A stretch of 54,363 bases of DNA, filler included, from Sphacelaria rigidula (lineage: Eukaryota), in assembly GCA_964200075.2 (NCBI GenBank). It is 5 parts of 5 records of this genome, joined end to end, with 100 filler letters (N's around TTAATTAATTAA, not from the genome) between each part and the next. Parts side by side here need not be neighbours in the genome. Positions count along the whole stretch, not along the records: positions 32,680 to 43,471 come from CAXNAA020005903.1; positions 43,572 to 54,363 come from CAXNAA020005904.1; 3 more parts are not named here. The stretch is one strand, 5' to 3'. Shown piece by piece: positions 34,426 through 46,809 of the stretch (position 1 is its first letter; each line of letters starts with the position of its first letter). Below the pieces are notes generated by a model. It had not been told where the DNA came from. It worked only from the letters and a program-made list of their open reading frames with translations, and searched no databases. Both the position numbers and the translations under genes were made by a program.

Positions 34426-37162
34426 TGAGTCGCACAAAACCTCTTAATCGAATTTTTACCCGCAGCAGAAACCAACTTCACTTCGTGTAATTGGAACGAC
34501 CGTCATCACAGCGCAAAAACTCAGGGCTGTGAAAACTGGACTAGTCAATACGGTCGCTTCACTGGGACTGGAGTGAGTCAACCTGGAACTGGCGACGGGG
34601 GTGCCATTTGTCCAGTCCGCTTGAAGTTCGCCGTTACCAACTCTATATATTTTACAACTATTGTGTGGGGCGCTGCCACGCTAGTCCAGGCCACTTTATT
34701 GAGATTTTCGAGTTCAATACACTAGGGGGCATATCAAGAGCCCAAAATGTGGCAGATGGCACACAATATAGTGTACAATTAACGTTCGGGAAGTCGGATT
34801 GGGGTGTTCTTCCGTGAATTCAAGGGTGGTATCCACTGTTTTGGCCTATCCCCCGGAAATGATAATAATATGTTTCGATTATATAAAATGATATACTCGA
34901 AATATGGAAGTGATGAGAAATAAAACATATTCCATCATCCCTAGATTCAATGTACGCATTACCCCCCAAATCATTTGTCACCCGGGTAGTATTTACCGTT
35001 TTGGCCCGTTACACGCGAATAGTGGTTCACCGAAACACGCGAGCACATCGATGGAAAGTATAAACATTCCAGAACATATTTCCGCTGCCCCATTTCTCCC
35101 CACCCGGGAGTGAAATCGCCCTATCTTCTCTGCAGACATGATTGGGGGTGTTATTTACCATTCTCGCTAGTCACAGGCATTTACACACGAATAGCGATGC
35201 CCCCGAACACGCGGGGGGCAGCGTTAGAGCGTATCCACCACATGCTACTCCCATACGAATCCCTTCTTCTCCCATCCCCTTTCCTGGGGATGAAGTGATG
35301 CATCCCCTCGCTGAACAATTTCAACGGAAAGAGGTGTTATCCGACGTTTTAGCCATTTGCGATCGGACAGCGATGAATCTGAGCACGTGACTGGTAACAA
35401 TAAAAAGTTTACAACCTAGCCAAGTCAATATACTTCTGTTTTTCTTGACGGGGTTATAAACACCACCGGGAAGTCACTGTTTGATCCCCTCGCAAAACAC
35501 GCGCCGGGGTTATCATGCACCTTCCGGGCACTACTACCCCGGATTATACAACAACACTCCAACATGATGTGCGGCAAACGGGGCAAATGCCATTCTTCAT
35601 GTGTAATACGTTCGCCAGGACGGCAAATGTGTGCCTTCATGTACGGGGAGGGTTGGCTTTGATCATGGCGGGAGCTTGCTTTAGTGCAGTAGATGTGCAA
35701 AATGCGCACGTATGCTGTAGCACACTGAGCGGGTAGGGCCTGCCCGCGAAATCGAGATACATGCTATCTACTCAACAGCCCGGTCAGATAGGTTCTCGAA
35801 GAATGCACTGCGTTCAGTATCGACCATTGCTTTAGAAAACAGATTCAATACTGTATGCAGCACACTTTTTGACCATGTAATCTATTGTCGTCCGGTGTGT
35901 GGAATGGATGCCATGGCGAGTAACTCCCGTTTCGCACGGAGGTATCTCGATGTACCAAAGTCTACACGAAACCCCGTCGCAACATGACTAGCGAATGACG
36001 CTGATTTTTTTCGTGAATATTCCTTGAGGGACGTTGAAACGGTTGATACCCTCACCATCACCCAATTCGAGACCTATCTATCGAGAGGTATGGCGCGCAT
36101 GAGCTTCTACACCATAATCGATATCTTGCACTAAATGCACGATACATGGATTTCGCAGGTCAGTTTTGACGATCGTGCTTTGAAATTTGGTATGAACAAT
36201 CGCGAGCACAGAATGAGAAAACGCGATTTTTTCTTCGTCTCATGAGTCAAGGACGTTTTGTGGAAAATGGACCATGCTCTTGGTCCTTGATTCATGAGAA
36301 TAACAAAAATAAATATTTCAGGTCTTGGGAATAGTTCTTCAGTGTGCCCTTGCGATCCTCCATACCAATCTTCAAAGCACATCTCCCAAAGCTGAGCTGC
36401 TAAATTGCCTACAACGGTCGTAAATATTTCTAGGCTGACCCAGCTCGTAGCTCATCATGGGGGGGGGGGGTGGAAACGATTCACAGAACGACCAAAAAGG
36501 CACCTTTCCCAGAGACATTTCCCGTAGAGACTGCATCAAGATACCGTATATCAGCCCCCAAATCCTCGGAAGTAAGTGATGAAAAACGCCGTGATGCAAT
36601 AATCGATATCTCGATACATCGATGCAGTGCGATATCATTCATGCTAGAAATCAATGAAGTATGTGGGAGCCTCAGCGTGTGAAAAACCCTCCTTGTCAAA
36701 GAAAATGTGAGATTCGGCCATCCCACCGTTCCCGGCGCACGTGGAAGCCATCGCGAAAACGAACATTCGAAAATTCATGCAGCATAGGTGGCAACCTGAA
36801 CCACGCAGCGAGCTTGTCACACCACGCAACAAGCTTGTCACAACTTTGCACGTCCACTATATCCTACTCTTGCACACTAACGCACACATGGCAGCGGACC
36901 TGAGCGAAGCGGTAACTGACGTCAATGAAAATGCCCAGCCATCCTCGTCGAGGTTCTCTAAGCCTCTCGCTAAAACACTGGACGCCGGCCCACAATGCGC
37001 TGTAAAAGTACCCCATGCACCAGCCTACACAACCGTACGCTTGTAGTGATGCCTACGCCATGTACATCGCCCAAGCGAGGCACTCTTGGCTTTTCGTTTG
37101 CTGTCGCCAGGTCGTCTCGAGCATCTATGCTTCCCATCAAGTATCACTTGGCCGCGAGATAG

Positions 37163-40100
37163 TCAGCTCTCGCGGTAACCGAGGCAAAGCACGTGGCAAT
37201 ACCTGGTCGAACGGAGGGAAATGACCAATGAACAACGGGGGCAGCAGTGATCGAATTGAGTAAAAATTAAAAAAAAACGATTAAAAAAACGCGGATAGAT
37301 CAAACACAAAACTGGCAGTAGTCCAGTCACATATTGTACTGTATTATTATACCTCATCAACGTACTAGACAAAACTCTTGCACTCCTGTGAACCACCGCT
37401 ATCGATCCACCACCCGAAACCCACCACAAACCATGGACTCTTGCTTCCAAGGATGAGCTAGCGGTACCGCTCAGTGCGAAAAACGACGTCATGACAACTT
37501 GCGTTTCGACAGTGATTACAGCAATACTCACAAACCGAAACTGGTGACCGCGGTATCGATTGTGCTCAGCCCAACCGCAACCTTTCCCGTCGCCTTCCCA
37601 GGATCGAGGAACACCTGAAAACGTTGGACCACAGCGCATGGAGCATGGAGCATGGCAAACACACATCAAACAATCAAGAGTCATTGGATCGAAGCTGCGA
37701 GGTGACAAAGGCGAAACGCTGAAGTAGTGTGGGGCTCCCACACGCACGAAATCCGACAAAAATGGACAAACGAACCGCGGAAAACGAAGTTCGATGTACA
37801 CGGAACCAGAACAAAAGCACCTCTCCGGGAAACAGTAGTCTTGACCACTTGGTCGATTAGAACCTTCCCGGGGCTTCATTACTTGATTTGAGTGTAAGCA
37901 CCGATATTCCGACATTCTTTCTGGATCATGCATACTTTTTTCAAGTGAAATTGATGCCGATTCAACAGATGACCTACTCTCGCTGTTAAACCCTTAGACC
38001 GCGAGGTTAGTCTTCTGTTGAATCGGCATCAATTTCAAGTGAAAAAAGTATGCATGATCCAGAAAGACTCATCTCGCGGCCTAAGGGTCAAGGCTTAAGT
38101 GGGATGACAGCCCCGACTGTCTCTAACCTGCGCAGAACGCGTTTTCGTCAAAATCAGCGACGATCTGGGGTCTGCCAACGGCACACTTTGCCTACTGTAG
38201 GAAACGCTTCGCACTTCCCTCGTCCGAGGGTTCTCGGTATGCCTTGGGTTGGGGTAAGGGTTAGCGTTAGCGTTAGTTCGAAATAACATATTTCCGTGAA
38301 ATTTCTTCATCGACCACGTGGTAAACACGCTTCCAGGGAAACGGATTCCCACTTTCCCGGTGAACAGCTGAAGGCCATGGTACCACGCATACGACCTCCT
38401 GCTGCCAAATCTTCCAAACGGTTCTGGCGCGAAAGTAGCGAAGAGTGTCTACACGAGTGCAACTTGCTAGGCGTAAAAGCAATGTGCTTGAACATACCTC
38501 AACAACGATGTTTTTCCAGTTGACCTCCGTCCACAGGCCCACACCCCGTTCTTCCAAGTCGGCGTCCACAACCTTGAAGTGGTTGACCACCTCCTCCCTT
38601 TTGCAGACATGCAGAAAAAAAGATAGAAAAAAGCGCAAAGCACAGCACCATTTGGCGGGATGCCTCGTTAGTTCAGCCAAGGTTTTTTTTCTTCCTGTTT
38701 TTTCACACAAATAAAACGAAAAATACCGAAGAACAGTGAGGGGTTCTGTTGGCAGGTCTGCTTTTCTCCTTCCCAAAATCTCCGAATTTTTCGGAGGGAA
38801 CAAAAATCCCCGAAAAGTGTGAGAGCAGACTTTTTCTAGCCATGTCAAGCAACAGGTCACTGTAAGAGTGACCACAGATTTATTCGAAAATCTAGCGTCG
38901 GATTTTCTGTTCTCAAAGTTTTTCATCATATTTTCATCATTTTTCTCGTAGGAGCCAGGAACAAAATGAGGAAAATGGGGATAAAATGTCTCAATAAAGT
39001 CCTCTAAGCCTACTTCAAGCAGAAAAAATGACCCAACTCTCTTGACTGCTTGGAATTCAAGAGCAGCAGAGCATCCTCCCGTCAGCTCCCTCCTCCTTCA
39101 GTCGAAAACACTGGAAACATGCGTACTTCGCCCTGGGGAAACAACTAAAACTTTGCCTTGTCTCGTAGACCAATAGTGCTCTGACGATTCCGCCGCATCA
39201 TTCCATTCTTCCAGCCTTACGTCAAACTTCCATCCTAGTGTAACCGTTCAAAGTCATGCCGCATCATTCCGAAATTTCTTCATTATGTACTCGTTCAGCA
39301 CCTTGACTATGTGCAACGGTCAAACGTTGTCTGAAAACAAACACGCCGAGAAACGTGACATTCCTTTGACGATATCCTTTGTCGGGATGCACAAGGAACA
39401 GACACAGTCCATGTACCACATACTCACTCAACGCTGGGAACAAAGGCCAACACAAGAGCGTGGTTCAAATCGCACAGCGATATTCTTTTCAAGAGTTAAT
39501 ACTCATATCCGCCAAAGTGTGGCATTTATTAACCATGGAAAAGTGCGCGACGAATGCCAGTACGATGTGCACCATATTCGGTGTACTACCCCACGGAAGG
39601 CTCCGACTTCGATAACATTTCCTTGAACGCAAGGGCAGTAGAATATATACAGGAACAGTGTAAATAACTAGTGTGGATGTCTCAATTCGTTCCCTGTCTC
39701 CAGCAATACGACCTCTGGGACATTCCACAGCCTAAGCTTGCGCTGCTACCAGAAAATGTTCCGAAATGAAACCCTTCGCTCATTTTGCTTTGCACCCCTC
39801 CCAGTTTCAGAGTGAAGAGCCGAAACCTCCATATACATACGTTGGTTACCATGTTCGGAACAAACACGCTTCATCACCGTTTAGATGTTGCCCTCTGGGG
39901 TCGAGTTATTTACGCATAGGACGCTTGATGAACAGTATGCCGTATGAGTGAGTGACAGATGGGACAAAAAGAGGCTGCTATACGTCCATTCATGCCGTAT
40001 GAACGACAGGTGGAGAAAGCGTACGTTCGAGTCAGGCTGCCCGAAGCACGAATCACGGGTGGAAAATCGGGAACGAATCCAGGATGGCGTAGGAATTCCA

Positions 40101-42949
40101 CAATGTGATTTGTGATAGACGAAGAACTCACTCTGCGCATGATTTTGGCTTTTCTATTGCTTACGCCTCATCTGAACTTTGCTAGTAGTACGACATACCG
40201 GCTTTCTTTTTGAACTGCATTGTACCTCAAACCACACATATCGACACAGTAGCACATTACTGCTGCCTGAAAGAGGCTAATTCCAGCTCATAAACAGCGG
40301 CAGGAAAAGAATGTCTACCATACGGGGTACAGTAGGGAAAAAAGGAAGCCCAACCCACTCCCGCCAAAACATTGTTCTGAAGATACAGGCTACCATGACC
40401 ATTCGCGATGAAATGAAGCAAAACTTGAACAACAACCAAACAACCAAACAACCAACCCTTCCCAGTGCACAGAGGAAAAAGTGCAATGGGATAGCTCTAC
40501 ACTGCTGGTACTGCAAAAAAAATGGAACTGGAAATGTGAAAGCTCGCCACGCTGAAGCGATCCAGAGCTCATGCGGCAAAGTGAGTTCCATCGCCTCGCC
40601 ACCTTGCCACATCCCGTTCGTGCCTTGACCGCGACATGATCACCTGGACTACCACCCACCACACCAATCAACCATCACTGCAGTGCTTCAAGCGCTGAAC
40701 CTTGCTCCCCTCTCCTACCCCCCGGCGCATCAAGATGCTGCTTGAATCATAGGTAGGCGCAGCATCAGCTTGGGGCGAATGAACCATTGAACTACAGCCT
40801 GCCACACCCAGCAACCATCAGTGCAGTAGCTGAAAACACTTGAACCCTGCCCCCCCCTTCTTCCCCCCCTCCTGCCCCTTCGCTCATCAAGACACTGCAT
40901 GAGTCATCGGTGGGCACAACATAGGCTTGATTCATCCCGCACGAATCAACAGGCGCAAAACATGTAGGTTCGATTTATGCTGCGTGAATCACATTTTGTT
41001 TTTTTTGCACACTTCTCAACCCCTCCCCTTCCTTCAGCGGAACGAGTCCGTGGTCTCAGGGCATAAACCCGCATATCCCCCAGAAGCACGCCTTTTTATT
41101 TTGGCATCGCGGATTGGATCATGACCATCAACACTCCCGTGCTGCGTCGACTCTTCTCGTCAAAACAAAGTCACTTTGCTTCTCACGTATGTTGACCCTT
41201 TTACCACGGGAATCCGATACTTGTCAGAAAAAGCACGGAGAAATCTATCTCCCAGTAAACGACCCCAAGTTCTTCGGACCTCATGGCTTTAGTGGTACCA
41301 ATAGACCATCGGGGCGGCACGGCATGTACAAATACATCACACCACGGACAATACCGAATGAATGGCGGATGGGGAAAATGTACGTATAATTTATGCCGTA
41401 TGAAATCACAGGCGGGAAGGATGTACGCTTGCTTCATACCGAATGAAGGGCGGATGGGGAACGTGTACGTATGATTCATGCCGTATGAATGAAGGGTGGC
41501 GGAAGATGTTCGCTTGATTCATGTCATAATTCGCGGCAGGCGGGAGGAAATGTGCGTATGGTTCATGTCGTATGAAATCAAATATGGAAAAGTGTACGTT
41601 CAAACCAGATTCTGCACAAATCACACTATCGATTCGTGCAAAGCTTGAATGTTAACGGATCACGACTCATGTTGTCGAACGTGTGGAGTCATTCGGTATC
41701 CAATACAATGGAATATGATCAGGAGAACACGGCAACCATCAACAATCCGACGATCTGACCACCAGAGGACACAAAAGTCAAAATAGGCGACGAAGTGCCT
41801 CTGTTCAAACCCATGGGGCCCAACATACATGGAAACATTTTTCTCTGGGCGGGGGATGAGCTTGCCCCGAGGTATCTTCCTCCTACCCCTGGGATCGGCT
41901 TGAACTCATTCGGCACAAGACACAAGCAACTACAGCTCGGAAATGGTTTGTCTAGCCGTTAACCAGTTGAATGGTTACGCGTAGAGCCCTCATTAACCAG
42001 TGAAATGGTAGATACCGACTTGATCATCGAGCGATACAGCCGCGAGCCAGAACGCCCTCCCCCCAGCAGAGGGGGGCTCGCCGGAGGGCTCCGCTGGAGG
42101 CGCCGTGCCGCAGGCACGTTTTTACGCGATTTAGCTTCACTACAGCTCAAAAATACGTTAAATATGGGCAAATTTTCAAGGACTGTATACAGCATACGTA
42201 GCCGGTAACGGTTTGAAACCATTTATCCTCATTTTTCATATAACCACTACCATTATTACGATTATAATGATAATGGCCACCTAAAGCTGGTACCATTCCC
42301 GAGCTCTACAAACAACACTTCTTCAGCCTGCTGGGCTAGACTGACACAAGATGCGGGCTGGCACTCACCTCTCGAGTCCAACATCTAAGGCGATGTGGTG
42401 AAAACCGAACTGACAGGCACACCGCCCCCTGACGCACTCTGCTTTGGCACCGGCGCCAGCACCGGAATCGGCACCCGCCCTCCCTTCTTCCCCCGATACC
42501 CCACCCCCCAATTCCGGAGTACCCTCAACGCAATCAGCAGCGGGGCAATCGCCACTTGACTGGCACTCATCTTTCCCAAAGCCACCGGAGTAACCGCTGC
42601 CCGCCTGCTCCGAGAGGAAAGCCCGGCAAAACATCTCCAGGATGCTCGGTACCAGCTGTATCTGGGCGACGGGGTCGAAGGTGAGTCCGGGCGGTCGGGG
42701 TGGAGACAGGTCTTCAGCGAGGGGGTTTGGGCATACATCTATGCATGTGGATAGACATGAAGATATCTCCGAGAACAGCGGAAAACAAGAAGAGAAGTCG
42801 ATGACCCAGGCGATCTGGACACACAGCTCGATGCAAGACAGTGGTTCAGGTACAGACACCCTGTCGATTCGGGATTTATTAGATCGCCCTGTGGATGCCT
42901 GGGCTGAAGAGGCGTATGATGGTCGAATAACAAGAACAAGAACACCAGC

Positions 42950-43033
<84 letters not shown>

Positions 43034-43243
43034 AACAACAATAAATCAAGGCAACAGTAAGGACACCTTGTCCATGTTTGGATCGAAATCCTCTGACCAC
43101 TTGGGGTGCAGTCGCCAGCTACCGTCTTTGGCTGTGTGTCGCACGGTAGGGAGTCCCCCCCCGTTGCGGAATTCCAGCGGCGCTGTGTACAAGGTGGGCG
43201 GGAAAGCCGCATCCACCCTCACTCGGATTCCCAATGCCTTTTC
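37163..43243 (-). CDS. Nicastrin-like protein (gamma-secretase subunit), 3' exons of a partial gene
   Basis: Phase-compatible exons 43243-43067 (EKALG..FPPTLYTAPL..FDPNMDK), 42661-42369 (IQLVPSILEMFCRAFL..C..ECVRGRCACQFGFHHIALDVGLER), 38597-38498 (EEVVNHFKVVDADLEERGVGLWTEVNWKNIVVE), 37614-37532 (VFLDPGKATGKVAVGLSTIDTAVTSFG) and possibly 37202-37163 (LYCHVLCLGYRES*). The juxtamembrane WTExxW motif after a Cys-rich segment resembles nicastrin (WTESxW). The last exon is uncertain; an alternative stop is at 37528-37530. Confidence 0.65.
37916..38067. repeat. 58-bp inverted repeat (3 mismatches, 36-nt spacer) in an intron
   Basis: 37916-37973 pairs with 38010-38067. Confidence 0.9.
37991..38087. 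mobile_element. 97-bp piggyBac-like mini-element
   Basis: CCCTTAGACCGCGAG...CTCGCGGCCTAAGGG termini with TTAAA and TCAA flanks (near-TTAA). Confidence 0.55.
38095..38278 (+). repeat. Dispersed repeat ending in telomere-like units, copy 2
   Basis: Homologous to 24960-25112; ends GGGTAAGGGTTAGCGTTAGCGTTAG. Confidence 0.65.
41340..41610. repeat. ~42-bp degenerate tandem subrepeats, inverted relative to 425-780
   Basis: GG(G)AA..TGTACGT/CT..TTCAT.CCG.ATGAA units, about 6 copies. Confidence 0.7.
42949..43041. repeat. (ACA)n microsatellite in an intron
   Basis: About 30 near-perfect trinucleotide units. Confidence 0.95.
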
Positions 43244-43571
43244 CTGGATGGCATCGCGGCAGAGCGAAACGATGATCGAATCGGAGAAACGATGACCACA
43301 AGCAGAACGCATCCCACGGTAACGCGGATCGCAATTCCAAAACTGATAGCACATCACAATTCTAAGACTAATAACACACATTCCTCCCCCCCCCCCCCCC
43401 CCCCCCCCCACACACCAACACAAAAAGAAACGACAAAAAAAAAAAAATCAAAACCAGCTTTTTTTCAATATNNNNNNNNNNNNNNNNNNNNNNNNNNNNN
43501 NNNNNNNNNNNNNNNTTAATTAATTAANNNNNNNNNNNNNNNNNNNNNNNNNNNNNNNNNNNNNNNNNNNN

Positions 43572-43655
43572 TAGGCTCGCACTCAGTCACCAAGCGCGAA
43601 GCGCCGTGGTGTGTTCGGCGAGTCGCATGAAGGGAGAGCTGCATCCTGCTAAGAT
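43572..43655 (-). mobile_element. SINE-like family B fragment, cut by the block start
   Basis: CAGTCACCAAGCGCGAAGCGCCGTGGTGTGTTCGGCGAGTCGCATGAAG matches 5333-5381. Confidence 0.8.
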
Positions 43656-43819
43656 TGGGTGGGGGGGACCAAAAAAATCTCGCAAGGGTCCGTGGAGGGT
43701 GCATCACCTTTTCCTATTAAGAATAATTGGTGCGAGGAAAAGGTGTCGTGCCCGCCGTATAGTACTAGTATAGCTAACTTTTCTTATGTTTAATGCTTTT
43801 AATCCCTCCCCTTATTCGT

Positions 43820-43923
43820 CGAGCCTGGTCCGACGAAAACCCGGCGTGCTCAGCCCTGGCTTTGTGGGGGAGCGAGGTCAATGGTCTTATGACTACGGAA
43901 GGTAAGATCATGAGTACACCCCC
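43820..43923 (+). mobile_element. 5'-truncated SINE-like family B copy
   Basis: CGAGCCTGGTCCGACGAAAACCCGGCGTGCT...AAGATCATGAGTACACCCCC; same 5' start as 24505. Confidence 0.8.
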
Positions 43924-46809
43924 GCGCGAGGGATCACCAACGCACCTCTCTATTTATCTCCCGGTACAAGCCTCCTTCCTTGCATTTTCGTTTCGTGGGT
44001 TGTGTCAGCAGCACTCCAACACGGCGTCGACGCTCGTGAACTAGATTTTTTTGTTCGTTTGCTATCCACCTGTTGACATTTCCAACGACGGAAAAGATCG
44101 TTTCCGTATAACAACAGAGAAATCATCTACTTCGTGTCACGTATAGAAATGAGAGAAAATTCGGGGGACTTCGGGTCGGCTGAATATGACTCAGGTGCTC
44201 CAGAACGTTGCTGCTGGTTGTCCAAGAACATTGCCGTCTGTCCGAAAACACTGCTGTTTGAATCGGAGACATGACACATGACTCTCACCTCAAGCCTGTC
44301 CCGGGTCAGAGTCACAAGCAAATATCAGGTCACAAGGCAAGATCAAGCGTTTCTACACTTCGGGCAAGGGAAGTATACACTATTATTATATTGAGTTTCT
44401 TTCATCAGTCGAGAACGGTTTCTTAATAAATGTGAAAAATGTACACATGTACTGAGGTTGAACACTAAAAGATGAGGTTCAACATTGAGATGAGTTTCAA
44501 TTCCAAAACAACAGTATAGTGGGTGCTTTTCCCCTGACCTGAAGTCATGGCATGTGAATTTCATATGTGCAATCTCATGCCTCCCGACCTCCCTCAAACT
44601 GTTTGAAGGATTTCTCGTCTTCTGTTCCCCCAACAATACAGTACTGCTGGTGGTGTGTCGTTGGTTTCTCGGGGTTTGTTCCCCCCATGCTAGTTGAACT
44701 CTTGATGGTGTATTTATGTTGTATGGGAGAGTGCCACCTGCAGTTCGCCACTGCTTTGACGTGTCTTCCACCAGAGGAGTGACGTTTGCATGCTGCGCAG
44801 CTGACGATGAATCTTCTACTATCTTTTGACTACGGAACTGAATGTAAGGGCCAACCCGACGGTCAAACAAAACAAAATGGTAATAATGCCGCATTACATT
44901 CAAGTTTTCCGCGATACTTCAACGCCCGACCGCAGGTCTGAACAGACGGGCCTCTTTTTTCTAATGGGCGACTGCTGTTGTCTCATCAACCACAACAAAC
45001 CTGTCGGTTGATTGCAGCCCCCCTTCTTCCTATGGGCCTGCGCTTTGCGCCTGGAAAGGCGCAGGCCCAGAAAAGCATGGAAGATGATTACCAACAAAGA
45101 TGGACGGCGAGGCACTATGTGAGTGAGTGCAAAGTTCCGTGTATGTTCTCGTCGGTGATACACCGGCATGCCGGTTGAAAATCAATCACACCGAGCGTGC
45201 ACTACGAGTCCTACAACAAACAGCTCGCATGTCGGGCGGCTGGTGTGTAGGCCGAGGCCAATGGGGTACAAAAATACGGTTTTCGTGACGTACACTAACG
45301 AGATTCGCTCAGCGTGTGAGTTGGACGGGGAGGGGGGGGTTCACTACCCCCTCCCGTGTGCGCATCTACCCCAACCAGGCAACCTTATATCTTGTCTTCT
45401 ATGACGATGTCGTACAGCTGAGGATAAGGAAAACATGCTGAAATTGACGAGTTGTTGTCGTTCGGCGAAAGAGGAGAGTTACCGAACTCGGTACAGGCAC
45501 ATGTGTCTCTAACCGAGTTGACTTCATGTTGTAAGAAGCCAGAGTTGAGTGGATTCAGTGCGTGTGCTGATAGAAGGACTGCCGATGCTCTAGACCTTGT
45601 TTGCGGCGCTGGCTCCGGGTTCAGGCGAGGGGGGTGTATCGATACACACTGCACTTGATTTTTCACAACCGGTCAGTCAACGGGGGGTTCCTCTTGATCG
45701 CGCTCCGTACAACTGTACTTTACTGTACACTGCTCGAAGGGAGTATTTTCACCCCTTCAGGCCCAGACGACTGAGTGTAGGGTTCGTCTGGCCTCGAAGG
45801 GGAATCAAGCGGGCTACAGTGTTGCTTTTTGTTGCATTGTACAAGGTGAAGACACCGCTCTCTCTTCAAACCAGAAAACTGTATAGTAGCAGTGCATGAA
45901 AATGAGCACGAGTGCTGAGCATTTCAACTGGGGAACATGTGTTGCTGGTCACAGCCCGTGTTCAGTAGGCAATACAACATTCGGTATACTGCACAAGGTA
46001 CAGGATCGAAGTCATGTGGTACAACGAACACAGGAGGGATGGTGGTTGAGTTGTGAAGCTGCCCAACAGACGAACCACGCCCTATGCAAAGGGGTGTGGA
46101 GAAATATCACTGTGCCGAACGAGCTATTTCTTGTACGTACGTCGACTCACGATCGAACTCGTATCTATCTCTGGAGAACAGTGTCCATCCTCGCTGCTAG
46201 TCCAGTCCAGTCCAATACTCATGTTGTGCAATTTTCACTTGTGCTCCTCCTCCCAACTCTTCGACTATGTTCATGTTTTCAATGTACTCTTTTTTCTCGA
46301 GGAAAAACAAGACTGACCTACGCCTGTCGGACATGAACCTATTTGGCTCGAGAGCTCTTTTTGGAACAATATCGACGGCTTACAATCAATCAACGCTACT
46401 AGCCCCTACGCCATCGGTGACCGGCTTTTTTGTTTGTTTGCGAGTACCACCTAGGAAGACAGCATACCGTCTGATTCGTTTTCCCGAACCCTGCGTCTTT
46501 CATACTCTTTTACGCATAGTTCAGCTGATTCTGGCACTATTTCCCCCAGCAGTTCACCCAGGGCCCATCTGCCCCACCGGGCGCTCAAGGGTTCAACTAC
46601 TTGACATTTTGTAAGGCTCTCGACGTTTTCGCCATAGACTGACGTGGAATGCTACCGGGTTTGTGCGAACAGACTTTGACGCGGGGGGCATTTTGATGTT
46701 TCTGTCGTGCGTGAGATAAAATTTCCCGTGAGATGTATCACCAATCAATTAAAATCTCGCGGTACAATTTCGCCGCAGTGCACAAGGACATCAAAATCGT
46801 CAACATCAC

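Noticed and set aside
42642..43295. Poly-Thr, poly-Leu and poly-Cys ORFs
   Set aside because: Translations of an intronic (ACA)n microsatellite overlapping antisense exons.
45019..45118. Candidate plus-strand exon (PLLPMGLRFAPGKAQAQKSMEDDYQQRWTARHY)
   Set aside because: Plausible splice sites, but it is not phase-compatible with the exon at 52546 and no linking exon or motif was found.
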